From: an uncultured Bacteroides sp.
Lineage (GTDB): Bacteria; Bacteroidota; Bacteroidia; Bacteroidales; GCA-2748055
Direction: 5' to 3'
NCBI GenBank assembly: GCA_964622985.1
Contig: CAZURA010000008.1
Coordinates: 232 to 64,231, forward strand
DNA: 64,000 bases
The position numbers were made by a program, and so were the translations under genes. The notes beneath the pieces were generated by a model. It saw only the letters and a list, made by a program, of their open reading frames with translations, was not told where the DNA came from and made no database searches. This document shows, piece after piece, positions 1-9,962 of the stretch; within the stretch, counting starts at the first letter, position 1; each line of letters begins with the position of its first letter.

Positions 1-76
1 TTGCCGCGAGGAAAATCAAAACTTCGTTTTGAAAACCTCTCTCTACTTCTTACTTTTACCTGACAATAGGCTATCT

Positions 77-1243
77 ATGATCATCGGCAAATACATTAGA
101 CAGCTTCTGGAAGACAGGAAGCGAGTGATATTACCAGGTTTTGGGAACCTGGAGGTAAAAGAGGACGCAGCTGGAGTACCTACCTCCGGAGGAAGACTGG
201 ATCCACCCGGTTTATCCATTCGGTTTGATTCGGGATTTAGTAAGGATGATGCATTGATTGCATCGGCTCTTGCTTCCGGGGAGAAATTGAGTGAAGAGGA
301 GGCCGGACAACGTGTACTGGAGTTTGTGGATGCAGTGAAATTTGCACTGGACAAAGGTGAACCTTACCACCTGCCGGATACCGGGACTTTTACCAGAGAC
401 GATGACGGAAAGGTCCGGTTCAAACCAGATCCGGGATGGGTGCTGGAACCTGATCAATATGGACTGGATTCGATGGACCTGTTGGAACTGGAGGAGCTTC
501 CGGTCGAGGAGGAAGTTACTAAGGAAGAAGCCAAACCAGAAGTCAAGCCTGAGGTTTCCGCAAAGAAACCTTCAGAGAAACCGGTGGCAAAAACCCCCGA
601 GAAGCCCACTCAAAAACCCACGGATAAGCCTGCTAAAGAACCCTCCTCAACTGCAGCAAAAGCGCCGGGTGTGAGGAAACCAGCGCAAAAACCGGCAGAG
701 AAGAAATCCGTAACAAAACTCGCTCCAAGGCCCGTTAAACAGGAACGCAAGATCAATCGATGGAAAGTGATCTGGATTGTAGCCGCTTCACTGATCATTG
801 TCCTTATCGTTCTTATTATGATCCCTACTGATACATTCAGGAAAACTGAGCCCAAAGATCCGGTTGTTACTGATAAACCTCAGACAGAATCACCAGAAAC
901 TACACCGCCCGATGCGGTGAAGGATGAATCAGAAGAGGAGACAAGTACGAAGCCGGACAGTGATACCCCAGCACCGGATGGTGCAGAAGAGGAGGAACCG
1001 CCTCCCGCAACGGAGCACCACTATTTCGTCATTGCAGGGAGCTTTAAGCATCTTAAAAATGCCAGTGATCTGCAGGATCAGATGAAAGCCAGGGGTTTCT
1101 CCGCAGAAGTGATGGTTACCGAGAACAGAATGTACCGGGTTAGTGTGGCTTCCTACGCTACCAAGGCTGAGGCAGAGATAAAAATGGCCGGTATTAAAAC
1201 CGAACCGGGGCTGGAGTCATGCTGGCTGTTATCCAACAACTAG
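77..1243 (+). CDS. Bitopic protein: two HU-CCDC81-like HU-fold modules, one TM helix, C-terminal SPOR domain
   Basis: ORF 29..1243 opens with TTG. The first ATG at 77 gives MIIGKYIRQLLEDRKRVILPGFGNLEV (HU/IHF-like). A second HU-like module follows (EEAGQRVLEFVDAVKFALDKGEPYHLPDTGTF), then a P/E/K-rich linker and a TM helix (WKVIWIVAASLIIVLIVLIMIP). The C-terminus is SPOR-like (HYFVIAGSFKHLKNASDLQDQMKARGF...YRVSVASYATKAEAE). Confidence 0.75.
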   Translation: MIIGKYIRQLLEDRKRVILPGFGNLEVKEDAAGVPTSGGRLDPPGLSIRFDSGFSKDDALIASALASGEKLSEEEAGQRVLEFVDAVKFALDKGEPYHLPDTGTFTRDDDGKVRFKPDPGWVLEPDQYGLDSMDLLELEELPVEEEVTKEEAKPEVKPEVSAKKPSEKPVAKTPEKPTQKPTDKPAKEPSSTAAKAPGVRKPAQKPAEKKSVTKLAPRPVKQERKINRWKVIWIVAASLIIVLIVLIMIPTDTFRKTEPKDPVVTDKPQTESPETTPPDAVKDESEEETSTKPDSDTPAPDGAEEEEPPPATEHHYFVIAGSFKHLKNASDLQDQMKARGFSAEVMVTENRMYRVSVASYATKAEAEIKMAGIKTEPGLESCWLLSNN

Positions 1244-1245
1244 GG

Positions 1246-3282
1246 CTAATTGATCTCCGCGCCGTTGACCGCATCGTCAGAAGGCACTACAAAGTGTAAC
1301 GAACCGTCGGGATTTTCCGATAACAGAATCATGCCCTGGGACTCAATCCCTTTGATCTTTCTGGGGGCAAGGTTAGCCAATACAGTTACTTTTTTGCCAG
1401 GAAGGTTTTCCGAGTCGTAATACTCTGCAATACCGGAGACAATGGTTCGGATCTCAAAACCCAGATCCACCTGCATTTTAATCAGTTTCTTGGTTTTAGG
1501 TACCTTTTCTGCCTCCAGTATGGTCCCCGTCCTCAAATCCATCCGTGTGAAGTCATCGAACGAGATCTCCTCTTTCTGGTCAGACACGGCAGAAGGAATG
1601 TCATTATCTTCTTTGGTCTTCATCAGCTTATCCAATTGTGCCTGGATCTGTTCATCTTCGATCTTTTCGAATAAGAGAGAGGCTTTCCCCATGATGTGGC
1701 CAGGTTTCAGCAGGTCTGGTGTTCCCAGCAGTTCCCAGGAAGTCTCCCGGAATTGAATGAATCCCCTTAATTTTTCCATGGTGAAGGGAAGGAACGGATC
1801 CATCAGGAGGGTGAGGTTGGCTGTGATCTGAAGGGAAATATTGAGGATAGTATTTACCCTTTCCGGATCTGTTTTGATCAGTTTCCATGGTTCCGTTTCC
1901 GCCAGGTACTTATTCCCCAGCCTGGCCAGGTCCATGGCCAGCTTGATGGCCTCACGGAAACGAAACTGCTCCAGGCTCTGTTCCACACTTGCTGCGATGG
2001 TCCTGATCTCCTCCAGCACCGCTTTGTCAGGATCCAGCAACTCAGAAATTTCAGGAACATGGCCTTCAAAGTATTTATGAGTCAAGACGATGGCCCTGTT
2101 CACAAAATTACCCAGGATGGCTACCAGTTCATTGTTGTTCCGGTTCTGAAAATCCTTCCAGGTAAAGTCATTGTCTTTATTCTCGGGAGCGTTTGCACAA
2201 AGCACATAGCGCAGAACGTCCTGTTTTCCAGGAAAATCTTCCAGGTATTCATGCAGCCAGACCGCCCAGTTCCGGGATGTGGAGATCTTATCGTTCTCCA
2301 GGTTGAGGAATTCATTGGCTGGTACATTGTCAGGCAGGATGTAGCTTCCTTCCGCCTTTAACATGGTAGGAAAAATAATACAATGGAAAACAATATTATC
2401 TTTTCCAATGAAATGGAGCATGCGGGTCTCTTCGTCCTTCCAGTATTTTTCCCATTCAGGGGTCAGCTCCTTGGTGGCTGAAATATAGCCTATGGGTGCA
2501 TCGAACCAGACATACAACACCTTTCCGTCAGCTCCATCAACAGGTACAGGGATACCCCAATCCAGATCGCGGCTCACCGCTCTGGGTTGCAGCCCCTGGT
2601 CAAGCCACGATTTACACTGACCGTATACATTAGGCTTCCACTCTTTGTGCTCCTCCAGGATCCACTGCTGAAGCCACGGCTCATACTTATCCAGTGGGAG
2701 ATACCAGTGTTTCGTTTCTCTCAGTACGGGTTTACTGCCGCTTATGGTGGATACCGGATTAACCAGGTCTGTCGGACTAAGGGAGGTGCCACACTGCTCG
2801 CACTGATCGCCATAAGCACAGGGGTTTCCACAGTGAGGACAGGTCCCTGTAATATAACGGTCAGCCAGAAAAGCTTTGGCCTCCTCATCATAATACTGTT
2901 CGGAGGTCTTCTCCACGAATCCTCCTTTATCATAAATGGTCCGGAAAATCTCAGAAGCTGTTTCGTGATGCACCTTGTTGGATGTACGGCTGTAGATATC
3001 AAACGAGATCCCAAAATCCGCAAAAGCCTTCTTGTTGATGGCGTGATACCGGTCCACCACCTCCTGGGGTGTGCTACCCTCATTTCGTGCCTTCAGTGTA
3101 ATGGGTACTCCGTGCTCATCCGATCCGCAGATGGAGATCACATCCCTGCCTCTCTGGCGCAGGTAACGCACGTAAATATCAGAAGGTACATATACACCGG
3201 CCAGGTGACCCAGATGAAGAGGCCCGTTGGCATAGGGCAATGCAGAGGTGATCAGGTATCGTTTAAATGCTTTTTCAGCCAT
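1246..3282 (-). CDS. metG: Methionine--tRNA ligase with C-terminal tRNA-binding (EMAP/Trbp111-like) domain
   Basis: [29 protein letters not shown] (HIGH region), zinc knuckle [23 protein letters not shown] (KMSKS-class) motif, C-terminal [35 protein letters not shown] trimmed the ORF track start (3489) to the ATG at 3282, because the 69-aa extension has no MetRS similarity. Confidence 0.95.
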   Translation of the reverse strand: MAEKAFKRYLITSALPYANGPLHLGHLAGVYVPSDIYVRYLRQRGRDVISICGSDEHGVPITLKARNEGSTPQEVVDRYHAINKKAFADFGISFDIYSRTSNKVHHETASEIFRTIYDKGGFVEKTSEQYYDEEAKAFLADRYITGTCPHCGNPCAYGDQCEQCGTSLSPTDLVNPVSTISGSKPVLRETKHWYLPLDKYEPWLQQWILEEHKEWKPNVYGQCKSWLDQGLQPRAVSRDLDWGIPVPVDGADGKVLYVWFDAPIGYISATKELTPEWEKYWKDEETRMLHFIGKDNIVFHCIIFPTMLKAEGSYILPDNVPANEFLNLENDKISTSRNWAVWLHEYLEDFPGKQDVLRYVLCANAPENKDNDFTWKDFQNRNNNELVAILGNFVNRAIVLTHKYFEGHVPEISELLDPDKAVLEEIRTIAASVEQSLEQFRFREAIKLAMDLARLGNKYLAETEPWKLIKTDPERVNTILNISLQITANLTLLMDPFLPFTMEKLRGFIQFRETSWELLGTPDLLKPGHIMGKASLLFEKIEDEQIQAQLDKLMKTKEDNDIPSAVSDQKEEISFDDFTRMDLRTGTILEAEKVPKTKKLIKMQVDLGFEIRTIVSGIAEYYDSENLPGKKVTVLANLAPRKIKGIESQGMILLSENPDGSLHFVVPSDDAVNGAEIN

Positions 3283-3401
3283 AGTGGGTGCTTTTTGAAA
3301 TCGCACAAAGATAACGCTTAAAGGTGCTGCATGCAACTGGTGCAAAGGATTCATTAGCCGATATGGCATCCCATTATCACATAAAGTGGAGATAAAGGGA
3401 T

Positions 3402-3767
3402 ATGATGAATCATTGCGAAAAAGGGAAAAGTGCAGAAAAGCTGGCCGCCCAATACCTGCGAGCCCAAGGGTACCAAATCTGGAAAACAAACTGGCGCTGG
3501 GGCAAGAAGGAGTTGGATCTGGTGGCTACTTTCCGCCATGAGCTGGTGATTATTGAAGTAAAGGCCCGGGTGGGGAATGCTGTGAACGATCCCGCCGAAG
3601 TGGTGGATCATGCCAAACAGAGGAACATTATACTGGCCACCGAAGCATTTATCCGGTTATATGATTGCCACAGGCCCACACGGTTCGATGTAATTGCTGT
3701 GGTCTATCATCCCGCCCGGGTGGAGATCGAACATACAGAGTATGCGTTTTACCCTGAAGTGGAATAA
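3402..3767 (+). CDS. yraN: YraN family (UPF0102) endonuclease-like protein
   Basis: [35 protein letters not shown]...LVIIEVKAR matches the YraN/UPF0102 pattern (G..E..A..YL, E-D-L, EVK). It is divergent from metG. Confidence 0.75.
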   Translation: MMNHCEKGKSAEKLAAQYLRAQGYQIWKTNWRWGKKELDLVATFRHELVIIEVKARVGNAVNDPAEVVDHAKQRNIILATEAFIRLYDCHRPTRFDVIAVVYHPARVEIEHTEYAFYPEVE

Positions 3768-3797
3768 TACACCTGGAACCAGGGCTCCAGGTGTATT
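3766..3797. terminator. Perfect 12-bp hairpin between convergent genes (candidate bidirectional terminator)
   Basis: AATACACCTGGA-ACCAGGGC-TCCAGGTGTATT overlaps the yraN stop codon and lies 30 nt from the stop of the 2017-aa gene. There is no strong U-tract on either side. Confidence 0.45.
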
Positions 3798-3826
3798 ATG
3801 GATGTCAATATATACCTGGTTCCTCT

Positions 3827-6800
3827 CTATTCCACTATTACCAGGAAATTGCTAGTCGCGTGATCCACTGTGATCCTCAGAAAATAGCTGCCCGGGGTCA
3901 GATCCTGGACATCAATATGTGTCTTTCTTACTTTGACATTACGAATATCCTCCCTGAATACAAGTGATTTTGCAATGGTATAAAGCTCCAGTGTTACGGA
4001 TTGTTCCTCCTCCAGATTCAAATCCACGAATAACATCTCTTCAGCCGGATTGGGATAGATCCTGACCTCCCCCGGGAAAGCGTATGGATTATATACAGAG
4101 GTCCCCGATTCCACATACACACTATCTGTATCAGAACATCCGTTTTGGTCGGTTACTGTTACCCAGTACTGACCCTCTTCCGTTACTTCAAATGTTGAAC
4201 CTGTTGAATTATTCTGCCACAGGTATTCAGCATAACCGGTACCGGCATCCAGGGTCAGTGGGAGATCTGCGTATATCACCTCCTGATCGTCTCCGATTTC
4301 CACATCCGGCTGGCCCCAGACAGTCACTGATGTAGTAATGAGGTTATTTGATATATTCCCGTCTGTGGCCCAAATCAAACTGGCCTGAACACTGAAGGTA
4401 CTAATCTCTGAAAAATCTGAAGTGGTGGCAAACGGAAGAATCACGGATTGCCCTGCAGGTAGCTCATTGTCCAGTTGGATCGCCTCAATCACCGAACTTC
4501 CGCTATTTACTGAATAGGTTATTATAAGGGTATCTCTCGTTGAGATCCTGAAATAACCATTATTCACAATTTCAATGGAAACCACTGTGTTGGTCTCCAG
4601 GCTGCAGGAGGAGACCGGATTTACGAGCCGCAGCAGTTCAAGATCAGGTTGGTCATACGCGACGAACACACTGTCATGGGTGACACAACCATTGTCGGCG
4701 GTCACCAATACGTTGTACCAACCCGAAGAGGGATCTGTAATGGAGTAATCTGTGCCGGTACTTCCATCGTGCCAGAGATAGGATGTATAACCAGGTGTGG
4801 CAGAGAGGGTGATGGGCTCATACACCAGCAGGGTATCCTCCCCGTTTCCGATATCAATATCGGGGCTGCCGTAATGATCCACGCTGACCAGCACCAGGTC
4901 ATTGGTGGGAACCAGGTCCGACTCAAAGGAGGTATAGACCATGATGCTATAAAGCCCCGGCTCACTGAAATCCTCCTCCTGACTGAAGGTATGATGGATC
5001 ACAGCACCATTTTCAAATACACTATCCAGCGGGAGGGTCTCAGACACTTCGGGTGCACCGTTGATAGAATAGGATACCGTGATGGTTGACGAGGGATCGA
5101 TGTCCCAGTTACCATAATTTTTAACAATCACCTGAATGTGTTCGGATTCCTCCAGGTGACAGGTGGTTGCAGGATGCAATACTTCCTGAATGCCCACGTC
5201 AGGAGCCGCGAGGAATATTTCTATCTCGTCGTAGACCGTACAGCCGTTGTCGTCGGTAACCGTTACTCCATAAAGGCCTATCCCTGGTGTTGTTATGGTG
5301 TATGTCTGGTTGGTGCTTCCATCCTGCCACTCATAGGACGCAAATCCCGGACCTGCATCCAATGTATGTTCGAATCCGGTGATGACCTGATACTCTTCAC
5401 CCAGGTCCAGAGCTGGTGTCTCAAACACGCCCACTGAGGTGATCACCGTATCGTTCCAGGATTTGGTGTCGTTGGCATAATCCACGAAAACCGTAAAATC
5501 ATACCATTCTCCGGTTTGTACAGTTTCGGCATTTGAAAAAGTGAAATCGAGAGTATGTCCAGACAACAGGTTTTCCGTGAGTACAACTCCTTCCTGGACA
5601 ATGGGCCCATCATCGATCCTGTATCCCATAGTAATGTTCTCTCCTGAAGGAATAGCCTGGTTGCCGGAGTTCTTGATCCGGGCCGATACCGTAATGGATT
5701 CGGACAGTTCACAGGATGTGGAAGGCGCAAGCAACTGATCCAGCATAAGATCCAGGACGTTCAGGGTGACGATTACTGTATCTGTGCTGATGCATTGATT
5801 TTCATCACTTACCGTTACATGGTATTGTCCCTGTCCCGGTTGATCAATGGTGAAAGTTTCACCAGTGGATCCGTCCTGCCACAGGTATTCAAAATATCCC
5901 GGAGCCGGTGCAAGTAAATATTCAGAGGCAATTACCACGGTATCCGGCCCCAGGTTAGCATCGGGGTATCCGAATACCTGCAACGTATGGAACAGAGTAT
6001 CGTTTGCAGCATAAGCATCTTCTGTCAATCCCGTGAAGAGTTTCATCTGGTAATCACCCGGAGAGGAAAAATCAAATATCCTGGAATAGCTGAAATCAAA
6101 GGCTTCGCCCGGTTTAAATCGTTGGGTAAGCACTATGGTATCTGTAAAAGAATCTGTTGAGTTGATGATTCCACCTATGAAAATGGTGTCCCCCACTTCC
6201 ACCGTATCGGTACCCATGTTCTCGATTCGGATCTGAAGAGGCAGCTGGTCACTCAATTCACAGGCTGAGAGCGGGCCCAGATAGGTGCTGACTCCCACAT
6301 CGGAAATCAGCTGGAGAACCTGAACTGTGTCTGAGGCAACGCAGCCAATTCCATTGGTGACTCTCACATGATACGTGCCCTCGGTAGTCACATGAAAGAG
6401 TGAATCGGTAGAACTGTCCTGCCACAGGTAGGTCTGTCCCGGTACACCTGAGAATGCCCTCAAGATCACCGTATCAGGCCTGACAGTCGATATATCCTCA
6501 CCCAGTTCCAAGGCTGGTTTATTCACCTCTATGCTTTGTGATACCGTATCATTTGAAGCAGGAGAATAAAAGTGGGGAAAAGAGGTGTGGAAGTATATGG
6601 TTGTCAGGTATTCCCCGCTTTTGCTGAAATCAAATGCCCCAGACATGAGAAGATCCTTAGTGTTACCTGCTGGCCAGGTTTGAGCGAGGGTATAGGTTTC
6701 CTCAAACGTCTGGATCTCTCCCGATCTATCTATGTGATAACCGATCCGGATGGAATCGCCGGGTTGGAGTGTGGAGAGCCCGGAATTTCGCAAACGAAGG

Positions 6801-9800
6801 GTAAAGGATTGTTCTTCACTCAGTTCACACGCACTTACAGGATCGAGGATTTCCAGAATGTCCATGTCCTTCGGAGCCTCCAAGATCCTCACATCATCCA
6901 CGGCCATCCCATCATACTGGTTATCCTCTTTATCGGTCTTGAAGGTAAGCCTGACCTGCACATTTTCCTGGTCAGCTACCGCAGGAGGCAACAGATGAGT
7001 GACAGTTATCCAACCTCCGCTTAGTCCGCTCCATCCATCCGTTCCCAGAGCTCCCACAGGACTTCCCGTGTACCAGTTCCAGTAGGCGTCATACCCTGAA
7101 GTATTGGTGACTGCCGTCCAGTTTTCACCGTCGTCCAGTGAATAATAGAGGGTAGCTCCGTCCATATCCAGTTCCGAATCGGTCCAGAGGTTGGCCATAA
7201 ATACGGGATGGATGATTCCTGTGAGATCGAAACTGGGTGAGGAGAGGAAACCGGGCTCAGAGTCGACCAGATCTCCCGTAAGAAGAAAGTCGTCTATGTT
7301 CCACCCTTCAGCCACAGCTCCGCCTGATGAAGAGTAGAAGAGGGAGAACCTGATTTTAAGCGCATCGGTGTAAGTGTAGGTGTCGGGTATCGGATATTCC
7401 CTGTATTCAAAAGCTAAGTCCATGATCGATCCTTCACTGTTTTTCCAAATGGTGTGCCACGTAGAACCGTTATCAGGACTCACCTCCAGCTTAATGGAGT
7501 CGCCATTTTGGATGGTGATCCAGCTGGCAAAATTCACCTGCAGACTGGAATAATCTGTGACATCAAATGCTGGAGAGGTAGCGGTGAAGGCTGTTCCGGG
7601 GGTTATCCCGTTTTCATACTCGTAAGGGTAGGTCCCCAGTCCTGAGAGATCAGTTCCGAGGCAATAATACCCGGAATCGGCAAAATAGGGCAGGTAGGTA
7701 TTGTTGGGGGTGGCCCGCTCAAACTCTCCTGAGAAAGTCCATCCCATATCTGTTTCAAAATCATCCTCAAAAAGGGTCTTACTCTTTTCTGCAATCACGT
7801 CTCCATAGCTTGCTGACAATCCTGTAGCCCAGCTTTTAGTTCCTGAAGAAGCAGCGTTGATCACTGTTCCTGCAGGGGTTCCGTTTTCCCAGAGGCCGTT
7901 GCCTAAGGAACGCCAGAATCCTTCACCTGACTCAAAATCCTCTTCATAAGGAGGAGTGTAGGTGGGAACAATATAGATCTCAGTGGAGATCTGGTCATTA
8001 CCTGTGAACTGATCACCGGGCATGGCAGTCTTGGCAAGTACAAGAGGTCTCGGTCCGGGTTCACTCAGGTCGGCACGGGTGGGGAAAGTAAAAACCACCG
8101 AACCTCCTACCGGAATACTGGAATTCATCAGATTGACAGTCCAGGTGTCCCCCCCGTCAAAAGAGTAGGCTACCGGTACCGGATCCACAATTTCGGCTCC
8201 CCCATAATTCCTGATGCGGACCGTAACTGAATCATTGGCCGTATGACCGCTTCCGCTTAGCGGATAGATCCACTCTGAGACCCCCACATCTTTCGAAATA
8301 AACTCCCCCGTAAGATAGATGTCATCAATATTCCAGCCCGAGTAGTTGTTGAATCCATCGGTGGGCCCCAGCTTGTACCTTATCTGCAGCTGGTCAGACC
8401 GGGAATAATCATCCGATATGGGAATTTGCGTTTGAAACCACTGGAAATCACTGAGATACGAATTACTCTCCCACAATGAATTCCAGGTAATCCCGTCATC
8501 GGTACTGATCTCAATGGAGGCATTGTCCCACACCTCAATATTCAGGTATCTCCTGAAAAAGAGATTCATATCCTTGTAATAGAGGACATCAATGTTGGGA
8601 GAGGTGGCATAGTAAGATGCTGCTTCACTTAATCCGGGCTCGTAGTTGTAAGGATTGGCGCCCAGACCGGTAAGGTCGGTACCCAGGGATTTTGTTCCCC
8701 TGAAAGCGTTCGGAGGATTTGGATTGCCCGGTGTTCCGCCCATGCCATTGGGTGTATTTACCTCAAATTCCCCGGTGAGGATCCAATTGTGGGTTCCTTC
8801 AAAATCTTGATGGTACCGGGTCTCAAAGACCTCCCTGAAACCCTCCGGTGACTGATCACTTGCCGGATAGAGATTGCCGTTGGAGCTGATCCCGTTGGCC
8901 TCTACCTTCACATCCAGGATATGTTTATGTTCGGCATTCTGGTCCAAATCATAGGTGAGCCACAGGTAAGAGAGTCCGGCCGGCAGGCTGTGATCCAGGC
9001 CCGTAAAACTAGCCACCCCGGAGCTGAAACTGGAGGGTGATCCCAGGGGATTTTCATTACTGAAGCTCTGGGAGGTTGTATTGTATAGTTTAATACCGCC
9101 GGGGAGAATGTCAGAATCTGAGGTATTCAGTGAGGTAAACTGTATGTTGTTGAGCATGACAGAATCCGTATTCCCGAAGACTTTGAAATCGACTCTCATC
9201 ATGGGAACATCCGGAGTTCCCGAAGGAATGTAATTTGAGAAAGGTTGCTGGAAGTCAATGTCGGCAATGTACATGGGCTGGGACCCGGTCTCCACAATGG
9301 ATACACTGTCGATGCAGGTACCATACCCCCACCGGGTATGCCCTTCAAAGGCCACATAATAGGTATCGGAAGGATTGGGCAGGGTTAGTTTTTTCTGCTC
9401 CCATTCATATACCGGATCGAGATATTCATGCAACAATACCCAGGGATCGGTATCGGATACTTTATAATATACCCTGAGTACATCCCATCCTGTGGATCCT
9501 TCAAAGGTCCATGGGATCTGACAGAGATAAAAGCTGAGTTCGACTGCAGTTGCACCCAGCAGGTTCATGGCCGGAGTAATCAGCTTGGTGCGTTCGTTGT
9601 TATCCCCCTGCTTAAAAAAAATGGCGTTATACGTCCCCTCATACGCTGAAGGGGGATTCCTGGTAATATCCTCCTGACCGGCGGGTACCTGCCAGTTGTT
9701 GTCATTGGGACTGTGTCCACCGTTCCGGTATCTCCAGGGTTCGTTGCCAGATACGGTCTCTTCGGTCCATCCTTCCGGTTTGGAACCCGATTCGAATCCT

Positions 9801-9880
9801 TCATATAGAAATGACTGAGAAAAAGCCTGAACCGGTAGATAAATAATCAGGAGACAAAGTAATATTTTATGTAGTTTCAT
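3827..9880 (-). CDS. Giant secreted T9SS cargo protein (2017 aa) with type A C-terminal sorting domain
   Basis: The ATG at 9880 gives the signal peptide MKLHKILLCLLIIYLPVQAFSQ (track start 9916 adds 12 aa). The N-terminal half has MAM/choice-of-anchor-J-like jelly-roll modules (FLYEGFESG..., DFEGTHNWILTGEFEV..., DDFETDMGWTFSGEFERA...). The C-terminal half has six CARDB-like Ig modules, five followed by a 'Y.WQDGST...Y.V.VTD.NGC..D.V.V' module. The last ~80 aa are VRIYPNPAEEMLFVDL...LTPGSYFLRITV...VIVE. Confidence 0.85.
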   Translation of the reverse strand: MKLHKILLCLLIIYLPVQAFSQSFLYEGFESGSKPEGWTEETVSGNEPWRYRNGGHSPNDNNWQVPAGQEDITRNPPSAYEGTYNAIFFKQGDNNERTKLITPAMNLLGATAVELSFYLCQIPWTFEGSTGWDVLRVYYKVSDTDPWVLLHEYLDPVYEWEQKKLTLPNPSDTYYVAFEGHTRWGYGTCIDSVSIVETGSQPMYIADIDFQQPFSNYIPSGTPDVPMMRVDFKVFGNTDSVMLNNIQFTSLNTSDSDILPGGIKLYNTTSQSFSNENPLGSPSSFSSGVASFTGLDHSLPAGLSYLWLTYDLDQNAEHKHILDVKVEANGISSNGNLYPASDQSPEGFREVFETRYHQDFEGTHNWILTGEFEVNTPNGMGGTPGNPNPPNAFRGTKSLGTDLTGLGANPYNYEPGLSEAASYYATSPNIDVLYYKDMNLFFRRYLNIEVWDNASIEISTDDGITWNSLWESNSYLSDFQWFQTQIPISDDYSRSDQLQIRYKLGPTDGFNNYSGWNIDDIYLTGEFISKDVGVSEWIYPLSGSGHTANDSVTVRIRNYGGAEIVDPVPVAYSFDGGDTWTVNLMNSSIPVGGSVVFTFPTRADLSEPGPRPLVLAKTAMPGDQFTGNDQISTEIYIVPTYTPPYEEDFESGEGFWRSLGNGLWENGTPAGTVINAASSGTKSWATGLSASYGDVIAEKSKTLFEDDFETDMGWTFSGEFERATPNNTYLPYFADSGYYCLGTDLSGLGTYPYEYENGITPGTAFTATSPAFDVTDYSSLQVNFASWITIQNGDSIKLEVSPDNGSTWHTIWKNSEGSIMDLAFEYREYPIPDTYTYTDALKIRFSLFYSSSGGAVAEGWNIDDFLLTGDLVDSEPGFLSSPSFDLTGIIHPVFMANLWTDSELDMDGATLYYSLDDGENWTAVTNTSGYDAYWNWYTGSPVGALGTDGWSGLSGGWITVTHLLPPAVADQENVQVRLTFKTDKEDNQYDGMAVDDVRILEAPKDMDILEILDPVSACELSEEQSFTLRLRNSGLSTLQPGDSIRIGYHIDRSGEIQTFEETYTLAQTWPAGNTKDLLMSGAFDFSKSGEYLTTIYFHTSFPHFYSPASNDTVSQSIEVNKPALELGEDISTVRPDTVILRAFSGVPGQTYLWQDSSTDSLFHVTTEGTYHVRVTNGIGCVASDTVQVLQLISDVGVSTYLGPLSACELSDQLPLQIRIENMGTDTVEVGDTIFIGGIINSTDSFTDTIVLTQRFKPGEAFDFSYSRIFDFSSPGDYQMKLFTGLTEDAYAANDTLFHTLQVFGYPDANLGPDTVVIASEYLLAPAPGYFEYLWQDGSTGETFTIDQPGQGQYHVTVSDENQCISTDTVIVTLNVLDLMLDQLLAPSTSCELSESITVSARIKNSGNQAIPSGENITMGYRIDDGPIVQEGVVLTENLLSGHTLDFTFSNAETVQTGEWYDFTVFVDYANDTKSWNDTVITSVGVFETPALDLGEEYQVITGFEHTLDAGPGFASYEWQDGSTNQTYTITTPGIGLYGVTVTDDNGCTVYDEIEIFLAAPDVGIQEVLHPATTCHLEESEHIQVIVKNYGNWDIDPSSTITVSYSINGAPEVSETLPLDSVFENGAVIHHTFSQEEDFSEPGLYSIMVYTSFESDLVPTNDLVLVSVDHYGSPDIDIGNGEDTLLVYEPITLSATPGYTSYLWHDGSTGTDYSITDPSSGWYNVLVTADNGCVTHDSVFVAYDQPDLELLRLVNPVSSCSLETNTVVSIEIVNNGYFRISTRDTLIITYSVNSGSSVIEAIQLDNELPAGQSVILPFATTSDFSEISTFSVQASLIWATDGNISNNLITTSVTVWGQPDVEIGDDQEVIYADLPLTLDAGTGYAEYLWQNNSTGSTFEVTEEGQYWVTVTDQNGCSDTDSVYVESGTSVYNPYAFPGEVRIYPNPAEEMLFVDLNLEEEQSVTLELYTIAKSLVFREDIRNVKVRKTHIDVQDLTPGSYFLRITVDHATSNFLVIVE
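3830..4070 (-). other. Type A T9SS C-terminal sorting domain (Por_Secre_tail / TIGR04183-like) of the 2017-aa protein
   Basis: IYPNPAEEMLFVDLNLEEEQSVTLELYTIAKSLVFRED...IDVQDLTPGSYFLRITVDHATSNFLVIVE. The YPNPa motif and the l..GvYf..i motif are at the usual spacing. Confidence 0.8.
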
Positions 9881-9962
9881 GAGGTAAATATTAAGTGCAA
9901 CCTTATAACAAAACAATTAGTTTTTACGTATAGTTGCTTGAATGGTTTGTTTTTACCTGTAG
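9881..9962. promoter_or_regulatory. Shared 82-nt divergent promoter region of the two giant cargo genes
   Basis: This is the only non-coding DNA between the start codons at 9880 (-) and 9963 (+), and it is AT-rich. TATAGTTG at 9929..9936 is one mismatch from the Bacteroidota -7 element TAnnTTTG. No transcript data are available. Confidence 0.3.

Noticed and set aside
2587-3321. 244-aa plus-strand ORF antisense to metG
   Set aside because: It lies entirely within the strongly supported metG coding region on the opposite strand and has no motifs.
3283-3489. 69-aa N-terminal extension of metG in the ORF track
   Set aside because: It has no MetRS similarity and would run into the yraN start region. 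The canonical MetRS N-terminus (..[18 protein letters not shown]) follows directly after the ATG at 3282.
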